Origin: Squalus acanthias
Lineage: Eukaryota
NCBI GenBank assembly: GCA_030390025.1
Contig: JASTWF010000369.1
Coordinates: forward strand, 62,001-126,000
Length of the DNA stretch: 64,000 nt
Reading direction: 5' to 3'
Shown here: positions 24,625 to 36,755 of the stretch, one piece after another
How the letters are laid out: the number at the start of each line of letters is the position of its first letter
Numbering within the stretch: the first letter of the stretch is position 1
Notes under the pieces: model-generated
Told to the model about the DNA's origin: nothing
The model's input: only the letters and a program-made list of their open reading frames with translations
Databases searched by the model: none
Translations under genes and position numbers: made by a program

Positions 24625-25252
24625 GGGAAGAGCTGGAAATCAAATAGATTTAAGGCCAGGGTAAAGCTGGGAAAAGGGGGAGGGGATAAAGGAACAAAGG
24701 AGGAGATGAAGAGACATTAAGAGACATTAAGAGATATGCAAGGCTAGAGGTGGTGTTAATGTGACAGATTAAGGCTGAATGAAGTGTGAAATCTACTGGC
24801 AGAATGGAGGACAGCTGCCAGCTTCTAGGAGGAAAAAAAAGGTGGGGGGGACGCCTCGGCCTAATACACTGTTCCACGGAAGCTCAGCGTAAGCTCGAGG
24901 AACAGCACCTCATCTTTCGTTTAGGCACGCTACAGCCCTCTGGACTCAATATCGAGTTCAACAATTTTAGATCATAACCTCAGCTCCAATCACATTTATA
25001 TTTTATTTTATCTACCCTTTTATTTGTCCCCCCACCTTTTTTTTCCTCCTAGAAGCTGGCAGCTGTCCTCCATTCTGCCAGTAGATTTCACACTTCATTC
25101 AGCCTTAATCTGTCACATTAACACCACCTCTAGCCTTGCATATCTCTTAATGTCTCTTAATGTCTCTTCATCTCCTCCTTTGTTCCTTTATCCCCTCCCC
25201 CTTTTCCCAGCTTTACCCTGGCCTTAAATCTATTTGATTTCCAGCTCTTCCC

Positions 25253-25289
25253 AGTTCTGATGAAAGGTCATCGACCTGAAACGTCAACT
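25253..25289 (+). ncRNA. Minimal hammerhead ribozyme motif (GUC site)
   Basis: AGTT-CTGATGA-A-AGGTC-ATC-GACCT-GAAA-CGTC-AACT: core boxes, helix II and helix I (AGTT/AACT). Confidence 0.8.
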
Positions 25290-26149
25290 CTCTTTCTCTC
25301 TCCACGGATGCTGCCTGGCCTGCTGAGTTTTTCCAGCGTTTTCTGTTGTTATTTCGGATTTCCAGCATCTGCAGTATTTTGCTATCGTATTAAGTAATTT
25401 AAAACTGATTAGTACTTGGGAATTCGTTCAGCAGGCTTCGGTATATCACTGCTATAGATGTCATTGGACTCCCTTAGAGATACAGCCAACTGAATTCATT
25501 CTTAGTCGTGAGTCCTATCTATGGAAAATTAAACATCCTAATGCATAAAAAGTCATAGAATTTGAAAGACGACCATCTGAACCCGCACCAACATGCACCA
25601 AAATATCAGTCAGGAGCGGGGAACCCGGATCATGGCTCCGTATCTAATCCAGTGGTGATGTGGTAATTTCAATCGCTGCTTTCGCTGACGTATCAACTCT
25701 GTAAGAAAAGATATGAAATGTGTTTCTAGTCACCAGGTAATAAGAGCTCAACACATTAATTAAAACAAATGTAGCCCCCACACATTTACTGTCTCTTAAA
25801 ACAACAATTTTACAAGTTGCATAGATATATTGTTGATGAGGAAGAACCTACAGATATTTCTAAAGAAGACAAATCCCAAGAAGAGAGGCGCCCGTCGACC
25901 CTCAGGAAATATCACATCTCAAAAACAACGTCTGAACCATAGGGGTTGGGGATATTTTACAAGTGTTTCTGGAGCAATGTCTGGACACAGGTCCACACTT
26001 CAGTAAACATAAGACGGAGTATGAAAGGGGTTTCTCAGTTTATCGAGAATCACAGCATCACAATGAACCCAGCCCAAGTAAAATTCCTGTAAGACACAAA
26101 AGTTAATCAGTAGCCCCAATAAGCTCGGACCATCAGACTCCCAGAATCT

Positions 26150-26270
26150 GGCTCTTCTTCGAAATGGCGCCATGAGATATTTTACGTCCATCTGAGAGGC
26201 AGAAAGGGGCCTCGGTTTAATGGCTTCATGCTAACAGTTTCAGCATGGTGCAGTGGCACTTCTACCGCTG
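26150..26270 (-). mobile_element. Deu-domain SINE remnant (SacSINE1/AmnSINE1-like)
   Basis: GCCATGAGATATTTTACGTCCATCTGAGAGGCAGAAAGGGGCCTCGGTTTAA resembles the Deu-domain core as I recall it. Confidence 0.5.
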
Positions 26271-27124
26271 ACATTAGATATCCTACTTCCGCCTTTCTCA
26301 CCGACATGTTTCATGGTTTAATACATCTGCAGTTTTGCACCTTTCACATTGACGAACCATTTCTTGTCTCACGGACCATAACCTCAGAATCTACCCTCTC
26401 TTCTCTCCACTGCTGGGGCTGTCACACTTTAGAGCCCGAAGCCGCTTCCTTTCTGTCCAATCGGTTGCATTTATGATATCAAATGAACCTAGAAATGTCG
26501 TTTTGTGATCTTCTGAGTTGCACAGTTGGATCTCATTGGATGTCAGCTGATCATCTGGTGTGATGAAATACCTGTCAGTCGATTCATACAGGCCTACTGA
26601 CTTTCCAGCCCTTCTTTGGCTCCCAGGCATTGATTAAGTGATCACTTGATCAGCTCCCTTAGGCATATGACTCAGGAGTTGATATTCTCTGTTTTTGGTT
26701 TGGCCCAACCATTACTTGATCTAACTTGCGTGTACCCAGGATTAATAATTACACACCGATTTTGGGAACGAATACTTGAGATCACGTGGGACGCCCACAA
26801 AATTCAACTGATTATTTCTGATTATATGAAAAGCGAAAAGTAACAGTCGCCAGATGAATTCACAGGCTAAATCTAACCATGGAATTTAATCACAGGCTAC
26901 ACAATACATCGACTGGGTAACTCACAACAGGATGCCGTGTAATGTACTTTAATATTAGCAGTTATTGACTCAGAAGGTGTCGATCTACCCTCCTGCGGGA
27001 GAATTACCGATATAGTTTTATAAGGCACAGCTATTTTGGAATGAAACAAATCTTACTTGGAATAACAACAGAAAACGCAGGAAAAACTCAGCAGGCCAGC
27101 CAGCATCCGTGGAGAGAGAAAGAG

Positions 27125-27161
27125 AGTTAACGTTTCAGGTCGATGACCTTTCGTCAGAACT
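27125..27161 (-). ncRNA. Minimal hammerhead ribozyme motif in the Penelope tail
   Basis: Reverse complement reads AGTT-CTGACGA-AAGGTCATCGACCT-GAAA-CGTT-AACT. Confidence 0.75.
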
Positions 27162-27436
27162 GTGAAGAGCCGGAAATCAGATAGATTTAAGGCCAGAGTA
27201 AAGCTGGGAAAAGGGGGAGGGGATAAAAGAACAAAGGGGGAGATGAAGAGACATTAAGAGACATTAAGAGATATGCAAGGTTAGAGGTGGTGTTAATGTG
27301 ACAGATTAAGGCTGAAAGAAGTGTGAAATCCACTGGCAGAATGAAGGACAGCTGCCAGCTTCTAGGAGGAAAAAAAGGTGGGGGGGGCAAATAAAAGGGT
27401 GGAAAAAATAAAATATAAATGTGATTGGAGCTGAGG

Positions 27437-29104
27437 TTATGATCTAAAATTGTTGAACTCGATATTGAGTCCAGAGGGCTGTAGCATGCCTAAACGAAAT
27501 ATGAGGTGCTGTTCCTCGAGCTTACGCTGCGCTTCCGTGGAACAGTGTAATAGGCCGAGGACGGTGAGGTCAGAGTGGCAGTGAAGGGGTGAATTAAAGT
27601 GACAGTCCACCGGGAGCTCGGGGTCCCCCTTACGGACTGAACGGAGGTGTTCCGCAAAGCGGTCACCCAATCTGCGTTTGGTCTCCCCAATGTAGAGGAG
27701 ACCACATCGTGAGCAGCGAATACAGTATACTAAATTGCAGGAAGTACAAGTAAATCGCTGTTTCACCTGGAAGGGGTGTTTGGAGCCCTGGACAGTGGGA
27801 AGAGGGGAGGTGTAAGGGCATGTGTTGCATCTCCTGCGCGTGCACGGGAAGGTGCCGGGCGAAGGGGAAGGGGTGCTGGGGGTGGTAGTGGAGTGGACTA
27901 GGGTGTCGCGGAGGGAGCGGTCCCTGCGGAATGCTGAAAGGGGAGGTGAGGGGAAGATGTGTTTGGTGGTGGGATCACGCTGGAGGTGGCGGAAATGGCG
28001 GAGGATGATCCGTTGAATGTGAAGGTTGGTGGGGTGAAAGGTGAGGACAAGGGGAACCCTATCGCGGTTCCGGGAGGGAGGGGCAGGGGTGAGGGCAGAA
28101 GTGCGGGAGATAGAACGGACACGGTCGAGGGCCGTGTCGACCACGGTAGAGGGGAATCCTCGGTTGAGGAAAAAGGAAGACATGTCGGAAGCACTGGTAT
28201 GGAAGGTGGCATCATCAGAGCAGATGCGGCAGAGACGGAGAAACTGGGAGAATGGAATAGAGTCCTTACAGGAGGCGGGGTGGGAGGAACTGTAGTCCAG
28301 GTAGCTGTGGGAGTCAGTGGGCTTGTAGTGAATGTTAGTCAATAACCTATCCCCAGAGATGGAGATGGAGAAGTCGAGGAAGGGAAGGTAAGAGTCGGAG
28401 ATGGACAATGTGAAGGTGAGGGAAGGGTGGAAATTGGAAGCATAGTGAATGAAATGTTCTAGTTCAGGGCGAGAGCAGGAGACGGCACCGATACAGTCAT
28501 CAATGTACCGGAAAAAGAGGTGAGGGAGGGCACCCGAGTAGGACTGGAACAAAGAGTGTTCCACATATCCCACGAAAAGGCAGGCATAGCTAGGACCCAT
28601 GCGGGTACCCATAGCAACACCTTTAATTTGGAGGAAATGGGTAGAGTCAAAGGAGAAGTTGTTCAATGTGAGAACAAGTTCAGCCAGGCGGAGGAGGGTG
28701 GTGGTGGATGGGGACTGGTTGGGCCTCTGTTCAAGGAAGAAGCGGAACGCCCTCAGGCCATCCTGGTGGGGAATGGAGGTGTAGAGGGATTGTACGTCCA
28801 TAGTGAAGAGGAGACAGTTGGGGCCGGGAAACTGGAAACTGTTAAAATGGCGGAGGGCATCGGAAGAGTCGCGGATGTAGGTTGGAAGAGACTGGACAAG
28901 GGGAGAAAAAATAGAGTCGAGATAGGAAGAGATAAGTTCCGTGGGGCAAGAACAGGCTGAAACGATGGGTCTACCGGGGCAGTCCTGTTTGTGGATCTTG
29001 GGAAGGAGGTAGAAGCGGGCTGTGCGTGGTTGGGGAACTATGAGTTTGGCGGCCGTGGGGGGAAGATCTCCAGAGGAGATGAGGTCAGTGACGGTCTTGG
29101 ACAC
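27437..29104 (-). CDS. Penelope-like RT + GIY-YIG endonuclease ORF (555 aa in the track; frame stays open upstream to ~29400)
   Basis: FYLLPKIHK, GRPIVS, MDVQSLYT, GVAMG, FFRYIDD, LVYCIRC...YIGET..RL.DRF.EH, GLN. Upstream IVIKSADKGGAVVV is in frame; one frameshift near 29415. Confidence 0.9.
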   Translation of the reverse strand: MSKTVTDLISSGDLPPTAAKLIVPQPRTARFYLLPKIHKQDCPGRPIVSACSCPTELISSYLDSIFSPLVQSLPTYIRDSSDALRHFNSFQFPGPNCLLFTMDVQSLYTSIPHQDGLRAFRFFLEQRPNQSPSTTTLLRLAELVLTLNNFSFDSTHFLQIKGVAMGTRMGPSYACLFVGYVEHSLFQSYSGALPHLFFRYIDDCIGAVSCSRPELEHFIHYASNFHPSLTFTLSISDSYLPFLDFSISISGDRLLTNIHYKPTDSHSYLDYSSSHPASCKDSIPFSQFLRLCRICSDDATFHTSASDMSSFFLNRGFPSTVVDTALDRVRSISRTSALTPAPPSRNRDRVPLVLTFHPTNLHIQRIILRHFRHLQRDPTTKHIFPSPPLSAFRRDRSLRDTLVHSTTTPSTPSPSPGTFPCTRRRCNTCPYTSPLPTVQGSKHPFQVKQRFTCTSCNLVYCIRCSRCGLLYIGETKRRLGDRFAEHLRSVRKGDPELPVDCHFNSPLHCHSDLTVLGLLHCSTEAQRKLEEQHLIFRLGMLQPSGLNIEFNNFRS

Positions 29105-30235
29105 GGTGGCTTGATGTTCAGTAGTGGGGTCATGGTCCAGGTGGAGGTAGGAGGAGGTGTCAGAGAGTTGGCGTTCAACCTCCGCTAGGTAGAGGTCGGT
29201 TCGCCAAACAACAACAGCGCCACCCTTGTCAGCAGATTTAATGACAATGTCAGGGTTGGATCGAAGAGAATGGAGTGCTGCAAGTTCAGAGGGAGGTAGG
29301 TTGGAGTGAGTGAGGGGAGCAGAGAAATTGAGCTGGCCGATGTCACGGCGGCAGTTAGCAATGAAAAGATCTAGAGAGGGTAAGAGGCCAGAGGGAGGGG
29401 TCCAGTTGGAACGAGAATTTGAAAGCGGGAGAAAGGGTCAGCCGTGCGGGGGGAAGACTCCTGGCCAGAGAAGTGGGCACGGAGACGGAGGCGGTGGAAA
29501 AAGAGCTCAGCATCGTGCCGAGCTCGAAATTCATTGAGATGGGGGCGTAAGGGGATGAAGGTCAGGCCTTTGCTGAGGACTGATCGTTCGGAGGCAGAGA
29601 GGGGAAGGTCAGAGGGGATAGTGAAAACGCGGCAGGGGGTGAGATTGGGAGAAGGGGGGTCAGAGGAAAGTGAAGGGGAAGAAGGTTCCGGAGGGCCGTT
29701 AGTGTCCAAATCTTACTTGGACTTTCCCCAGACTGGTTAATTAAAATTTCTGATCAACCCACAGAGTTCAGATCTCCAGTCAGATATAAAGGCAAGTCAA
29801 TGCTTAGAATATGGCACTGGTAATGTATCCGGCTACAGACAGTACCTTGAAGTCAAAAAATGGGAGGTGGACAAACGTTAAAGCTTGTGAGACAATGTTA
29901 TATTCTTGCACCTTGTACTAAAATTGGCCTTATTTTACCACAAACAGAAAGATGAACTAATTTACCTCTATCAGTTGTCAATCCATATGCACTGGCCTTA
30001 CAACCTGGATGTTCTCTTTACTAAACATCGATTTTTTTTCTTCTTAGTTTATTTCCAAACAAAGGCACGGAGTAAAGCAAATAAACCTCATGCATATTCC
30101 ATGTTTCCTTTTGCACAGCCTGACAAGTCTGCACAGTTAAGGTCACCACTGCCATGGGAGCAATTGAATTGTTGTAAAGGTACAGCTTGGTCAATCTTAT
30201 CTCATATCAAATTTCCCCTTCTTATTTGAAATTAA

Positions 30236-30661
30236 GCAACACGGTGGCATAGTGGTTAGCACTGGTGCCTCACAGCGCCAGAGACCCGGGTTCGAATCTG
30301 ACCTCGGGTGACTGTCTGTGTGGAGTTTGCACATTCTCCCCGTGTCTGCGTGGGTTTCCTCCGGGTGCTCCGGTTTCCTCCCACAGTCCAAAAATGTGTG
30401 GGTTAGGTTGATTTGGCTATGATGAATTGACCCTTAGTGTTAGGGGGGATTAAATATGTGGGGTTATGGGGATAGGATGGGATATGTTAGGGGGAATTAA
30501 AATACGTGGGGTTACGGGGGTAGGGTGGGATATGTGTACTGTGGGGATTAAAGCAGGGACAGGGTACTGGATTTGGATGATCAGCCATGATCGTATTGAA
30601 TGGCGGAGCAGGCTCGACGGGCCGAATGGCCTACTCCTGCTCCTAGTTTCTATGTTTCTAT
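30236..30661 (+). mobile_element. tRNA-derived V-SINE (HE1-like) with a CR1-derived tail
   Basis: A box TGGCATAGTGG (30245), B box GTTCGAATC (30290). V-domain GTGTGGAGTTTGCACATTCTCCCCGTGTCTGCGTGGGTTTCCTCCGGGTGCTCCGGTTTCCTCCCACA. 3' end shared with CR1, ending TTTCTATGTTTCTAT. Confidence 0.9.
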
Positions 30662-30796
30662 ATTACCAACATAAATCCTACTTTGTTACAGAGTCAAGGC
30701 AAAAAATTCCCGGCAAGCTATCCCAGCGCGCTCAGTTTGTGACAAGTCGATAACATCAATTCGGAGTTAGAATCCGAGATCATTGACATGGGTAGG

Positions 30797-31045
30797 GAAT
30801 AGAAACATAGAAACATGGAAGATAGGACCAGGAGTAGGCCATTCGGCCCCTCGAGCCTGCTCCGCCATTCGATGAGATCATGGCTGATCATCCTAACTCA
30901 GTACCCTGTACCTGCCTTCTCCCCATATCCCTTGATACATTTAACTTTAAGAAATATATCTAACTCATTCTTGAATATATTTAATGACTTGGCCTCAACT
31001 ACCTTCTGTGGTAGAGAATTCCACAGGTTCACCACTCTCTGGGTG
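30797..31045 (-). mobile_element. CR1 3' tail fragment
   Basis: Nearly identical to 3895-4140. Confidence 0.85.
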
Positions 31046-34000
31046 TTAGGCAATACGAGGCAGAGAGCAGTGATAATGGGTATATATTCAGATTAGCAGG
31101 ATGTGACTACGGGTGGGCCCACGGAACTGTACTGGGACCACAGCTTTTCGATACAATTATAGTGACTTAGATGAAGGAATGTAGAGTCATATATCCAAGT
31201 TTGCTGACGGCACCAAGCTGGACAGTAAACAGTGTATATGGAAGCAGACGGTTGCAATGGGTAATTCATAAATTAAATGAGTGAGCAAATCTGTGGCAGA
31301 TGGAGTGCAACCAGGGGAAGAGTGAGATCATCCATATTGGACCTCAGAAAGATAGACCAGAGTATATTTTAAATGTTAAGGTGATAGAAACGGTGGAGGA
31401 GCAGAGAGATTTGGAGGTTCAAGTACAGAAATTACTAAAAGCTAGCGGACAGTTAAAAAACATAATGAAAATAGATCTTGGCTCAGAAGATCAGCAAGTA
31501 CAATCAGAATGGGTGGAGATAAGAAATAACAAGGGGCAGAAAAAAGAGGTAGGAGTAGTTAATCGGGGCCCTAACAGTAGCTATACCATCGGACAGCGTA
31601 TTAATCAAGAAATAATAAAGGGTTTAACAAAGGTAATACAATGACCGTGGAGGACTTTAATCAGCATTTACTTTGGGCAAATCAAATTATCAAGGGTAGT
31701 CAGGAGGAGGAGTTCATGAAATGTATTCGAGACAGATTCCGAGAAAATTACGGCATGGAACCAAACAGCGAACAGGCTATTTTAGATCTAGTTTTATGTA
31801 ACGAGACAGTGTTAATTAGTAAACGTATAGTAAAGGATCCTCTCGGAAAGAGTTATCATAATATGATAGAATTTCACGTTGATTTTCAAAGTGACATTTT
31901 TATGTTCGACACTAGATTCTTAAACTTAAACAAAATCAAATCAGTAGGTATGAGGTGCGAGTTGGCTAAGGTAGATTGGGAAATCAGATTAAAAGCTATG
32001 ACAGTGGATAAGCAGTGGCAATCAGTTAAATAAATATTCCAAAATTCTCAGCGAATATACATTCCATTGAGAAATAAAATATCCATGGGAAAAGTGATCG
32101 ATCCCTGGATAACTAAAGAAGTTAAGGATGGTATTCGATTAAAAGAAGAGGCTTATAATGTTGCAAAGAATCGTAGTAAGCCAACGTTTGGGAGCTCTCT
32201 ATAAAGCAGAACAAAATGTCAAAAACTTGATGATAAAGGGTGAAAAGAGAATATGGGAGTAAGTTATCAAGAAAAATTTAAACAGATTGTAAGAGCTTCT
32301 ACAAGTATGTAAAAAGGAAGAGAGTAGCAAAAGTAAGCGTTGGTCCCTTAAAGGCTGAGACAGGAGAAATTATATTGGGGAACAAGGAAATGGTAGAAGA
32401 GAGTAGAAGACTCAGAAGGTACACCAAAAATTGTGGTGAACCATGAGGGCAATGAGAGCGAGGAACTTGAAGTAATTAATATCAATAGAGAAACTAATAG
32501 GACTAAAAGCCGACAAATCCCCTGCACCTGATGGCCTCATCCTAGGGCTCTAACTGCAGATGTGACTGCAGAGATAATGGATGCATTCGTTGTGATCTTC
32601 CAAAATTCCTTTGGTTGAGGAAATTTCTAGCGGATTGGAAGGTAGCAAATGTAAAGGAAAGGAGGGAGAGAGTAATCAGGGAATGACAGGCCAGTTAGCG
32701 TGACACCAGTCGTCGGGAAAATGCTGGAATCCATTGTTGAGGAAGTGGTATCAGGGCAATTAGAAAATCATAATATGATTAGGCAAAGTCAACATGGTTT
32801 TATGAAAGGGAAATCGTGTTTGAACAATTTATTAGAGTTTTTAGTGCACGTTATTAACAGGGTAGATAAAGGGGAAACAGTAGATGAAGTATATTTGGAT
32901 TTCCAAAAGGCATTCGATAAGGTGCCACATAAAAGGTTGTTAAGCAAGATAGGGGCACATGGGATTGGGGGTAAGGTATTGCCATGGAAAAGGATTGGTT
33001 TACAGACAGAAAACAGAGAGTAGGGATAAACAGGTCATTTTCAAATTTGCAAGCTGTAACTATTGTGGTTTCGTAACAATCATTGAATGGTCCTCAGCTA
33101 TTTATAATCTATATTAATGACTTAGACAAAGGGTACGGGTGCAAAGTATTCACGATGCAAAGCTAGGTGAAAAAGTAAGTTGTGAGGAGGACACAAAAAC
33201 CTGCAAAAGGATATAGCCAGGTTAAGTGAGTGGGCAATAAGGTGGCAGATGGAGTATAGTGTTGTAAATGTGAAGTTATTCACTTTGTTAGGGAGAATAA
33301 CAAAACAGAATGCATTTTTAATGGTGAGAAACTGTAAAATGTTGGTGTTCAGAAAGATTTTGGTGACCTAGTACAGTAAACACAGAGAGTTAACATGCAT
33401 GTACAGTACACAATTGGGAAGGCAAATGGCATGTTAGCCTTTATTGCTTGAGGGTTCGAGTACAAGAGTAAGGAAGTCTTGCTACCATTGTACAGGGCAC
33501 TGGTGAGACCAGACCTGGAGTACTGTGCACAGTTTTGATCTCCTAATTTAAGGAAGGATATAGTTGCCTTAGAGGCGGTGTAACGAAGGTTCACTAGATT
33601 GATCTCTGGGATTAGAGGGTTGTCATATGAGGAGAGATTGAGTAGATTGTGCCTAACCTCTCGGGCAGTTAGAAGAATGAGAGGTGATTTCATTCAAACA
33701 TAGAAGATTTTGGGGCTGGCGGGGTGGGGGGAAATTGACTGGTTAGATGCTGTGAGTTTGTTTCCCCTGGCTGGAGAGTCTAGAGCTAAGGGTCATAGAC
33801 TCAGAATGAGGGAACTGCCTTTTAAGAGTGAGATGAGGAGGAATTTATTCACGCAGAGGGTTGTGAATCTTTGGAATTCTCTGCCCCAAGGTGCTGAGGA
33901 TTCTCAGTTGTTGAGTATATTCAAGGCTGAGATAGATAGTTTTTTGGACTCCAGAAAAATTAAGGGATATGGGGATAAGGCAGGAAAGTGGAGTTGAGAT

Positions 34001-34560
34001 CGAAGATCAGACATGATCTTATTAATGACAGAGTAGGCTCGAGGGACCGCATGGCCTACTCCTGCTCCTAATTCTTATGTTCCTATATTCTCAAAAAGTC
34101 TAATGGAATTGTTGGCCTTTATCTTAACGGGGCTAGAATACAAAAGGGCGCAAGTGACGTTACAGTTATATAAAAATCTGGCTAGCCCCCATTTGGAGCA
34201 CAGCGTTCAGTTCTGGGCATCACAGCTGAGGAAGCATATATTGGCTTGGAGTGCCTGCAGCACAGATTCACCAGCATAATGCCGGGGCTAAAAGTTTTAA
34301 ATTATGATGACAGGATACAAACACGAGGTTTGTACCTCCTTGAGAATAAAGGATTAAAGGTGATCTATCTGAGGAGTTTAAGATAAATGAAGGTGTTGGA
34401 AGGGTAGACAGAGAGAAACTATTTCCTCTGGTGGAGCACAACCTTAATGTTAGAGCTCCACCGTTCAGGGGTGATTTCCGGAAACACTTCTTCAGACGAA
34501 CGGTGGAACAAATCTGGAACTCATTCCTCCTAAAAGCTGTTGAGTTTAGGTCAAACTGAA
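31046..34560 (+). mobile_element. Old CR1 RT fragment interrupted by a second CR1 (31467-34091, endonuclease to tail)
   Basis: The outer element reads AAAAAACATAAT|CAAAAAGTCTAATGG across the insert. The insert has ILDLVLCN, QHGFMKGKSCL, DFQKAFDKVPH and a TTCTTATGTTCCTAT tail. Confidence 0.8.
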
Positions 34561-35246
34561 ATTTCAAGTCTAAGATTAGCATGTTTAAATCGTGTCCCGC
34601 TCCAAATTCCGGTTCGACAGCGGCATAAAGTCTCTTTTTCAACAAACAATTCCTTTACTTTGACGGCCACAAACTCCCACATCCCTTCCAAACGGCTATT
34701 CAGATCCTTATCCATATTCATCTTTCTCACACCCGGTCCATTTCAAAACAGACTGTCACTTTCACTTCCTCCCAACGCCTATTGATGCTGAAATCCAACA
34801 TCTCAGCTTATCTGCAAGGTTTTCTCAGCTGTATACAACTGACTATATCACTTGCTGTGTGTATCTGAACGCTCTTCGATCTCAAGTGCACCACGGAACC
34901 TCCTTATATCAATATTATGTAGACTATAAGTAAAAATAAAATATGATGTATCTACAATTTAGATGGTGCTAATCTACCACAAATGTGCGCAATTATTTCA
35001 TCAAATGTCTTCCCTGCTCCTATAAACGATTATCCTCAGCTTCAGGAGTCGGTATCATTAATTTAGGAGTGCAGATTTCAAAATGTTTCATTTTTAAAAG
35101 AAATTCCAACGTGAAATGTTATTGCAAAATATCCCACTCTCTGACCAGCAGCAGTAAATACTGCTCACTGAATCTGTTTGTTAAATGATTGTATCTAATG
35201 CCAATCATTGTGCAATTCTCGTGTGTCACTCGAGGATGACCTCAGG

Positions 35247-35254
35247 TATAAATA
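35247..35254 (+). promoter_or_regulatory. Putative TATA box of GPCR paralogue 2
   Basis: CTCAGGTATAAATA, 78 bp upstream of the ATG, inside a block homologous to the paralogue 1 upstream region. Confidence 0.6.
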
Positions 35255-35324
35255 AGACCTTATTTTGAAAGCACAAGAGCTACGTCTCCAAAACACCAAC
35301 AGACAACATCGCTTCTCTTTGAAA

Positions 35325-35394
35325 ATGGGGCAGCCGGTGATCATACAGATAGAAAACATTTACTACCCTATTCTTGCAATAGTTGGTGTTCCTG
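35325..35394 (+). CDS. GPR139/GPR142-like GPCR paralogue 2, exon 1 (MGQPVIIQIENIYYPILAIVGVP + 1 nt)
   Basis: ATG at 35325; 70-nt exon; CCTG|GTAAGC donor. Confidence 0.88.
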
Positions 35395-35679
35395 GTAAGC
35401 CACTTCTAATCTGTTATTATTCATCTTCAACAGTGTCTCACTGTGTCACTGTTCCTGCTGTCGCTGTATTGATAATATTTGTTTTTTTGATGTGATTGAT
35501 GTGCAGACGCTGATTACCACCATCAAACAAATAATAATTAGAAAATCCCAAGTTTCCGACATATTCTTAATGTAATAACCTAACGGGCAGCACAATTTCT
35601 CCTGAAATATTAAATGAAACAATTTAGGTGGGATTGCGTCTCCTTTGTAGAGATTCTTTAATTTTCAGAAGCGAAATAC

Positions 35680-35860
35680 AGTGGATTATGGTAACCTCAG
35701 CAGGCCAGGTAACACATGCGGAGAGAGAAACACAGTTAAAGTTTCAGTTCGATGACCAGGTCTGATGAAAGATCATCGAACTAAAACATTAACTATGTTT
35801 CTCTCGACACATATGCTGTCTGACCTGCTGAACTTTTATAGCATTTTCTATTCTTATATC
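35680..35860. mobile_element. Decayed fold-back of Penelope family A tails in the GPCR2 intron
   Basis: CTCAGCAGGCCAGG...GAGAGAGAAAC followed by the inverted GTTTCTCTC...CTGACCTGCTGA. Confidence 0.65.
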
Positions 35861-36755
35861 TAATTTTCAATCCGGTCAAATATTAGCATCGCACCTGTGT
35901 TCTGGATGGCTAATATTGTTGAAAAGTTCAAAATATCCATCAATGCTGGTTTGCCACTAACGTTCTTGGAATGTGCCCTCAGCAGAGATTGTTTGTCACT
36001 GTTTCCAGATATCGGTAAACATTGGGCGCATTTGCCACTGTATTTTGTTGAAAGGCGAGATCTCGAAAAGCGACCAAATATTTGGAAAGTTTTCACTCAC
36101 AGGGCAACCCTGAAGGCTACGAATGTGGAAACTGAGCGATATTGGATGCTGCATTAAATTGAGGTCAGTTAATGGTGTGAGCCATCACAGGAAAGGCCAA
36201 CAAGCTGCCAGAATCCCAAAGTCAAGGTGCGGCAGAGTTTGTAATGATCGCACCGGCAGCTATGGGGGAGATGTTATTCTTTCCGGCCGGGTCAGACGGT
36301 TACGACAAACTGAGGGCTGGAACCACCGCCTTTTAATAACCCGATGGATTTTCCTGCAAATTAATATCAAACGAAGGAAAATGCGGCGGGTTCTGTTAAC
36401 AAGTGGACCTTGGCCAGAATTTCCTTTCAGTGCCCCAGCCAATAAATCTCCCGCTGTGGGGAAATGATTACCTAACACACCCCTCGGAAACTGACAGGAT
36501 CGGGAGCAGCGCTGGTTTAACACTGTGCAATTCTACTCTCTGCTGAAGATAATGGAGAGTAATATTGGGCGGGAGTAATCGAGCGATGCCCTCCATCCCA
36601 TGGGTTTTTCACCCTGCGTGTTCGGTTAAAATAACCCCGGAGAGACTTTTGAGGCTAAGATTAGAAATTCATGAATTTTCATAGCAATAAACTGGCGAGT
36701 GATCATCCTCTTAATATAAGGAGAGTCAGTAAATGCATCTTCCTCCTCTCTGCAG

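Larger units (their letters stand above)
24526..25388. mobile_element. Young Penelope family A fold-back insertion: ~330-bp near-perfect inverted arms around the end of the ORF
   Basis: Arms at ~24523-24852 and ~25026-25354. The spacer encodes ...GLNIEFNNFRS*. 16-bp TSD ATTAAGTAATTTAAAA at 24510-24525 and 25389-25404. Confidence 0.93.
27062..29706 (-). mobile_element. Young, 5'-truncated Penelope-like element, family A
   Basis: 15-bp TSD CAAATCTTACTTGGA at 27047-27061 and 29707-29721. The tail is nearly identical to the arms at 24.5-25.4 kb. Confidence 0.95.

Noticed and set aside
30241..30310. tRNA gene
   Set aside because: The A/B boxes are followed by a V-domain and a LINE tail, so this is a SINE head.
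36671..36755. Single-exon 329-aa GPCR starting at ATG 36671
   Set aside because: The N-terminal part is open intron sequence ending in a polypyrimidine/AG acceptor; TM1 is completed only by exon 1 at 35325.
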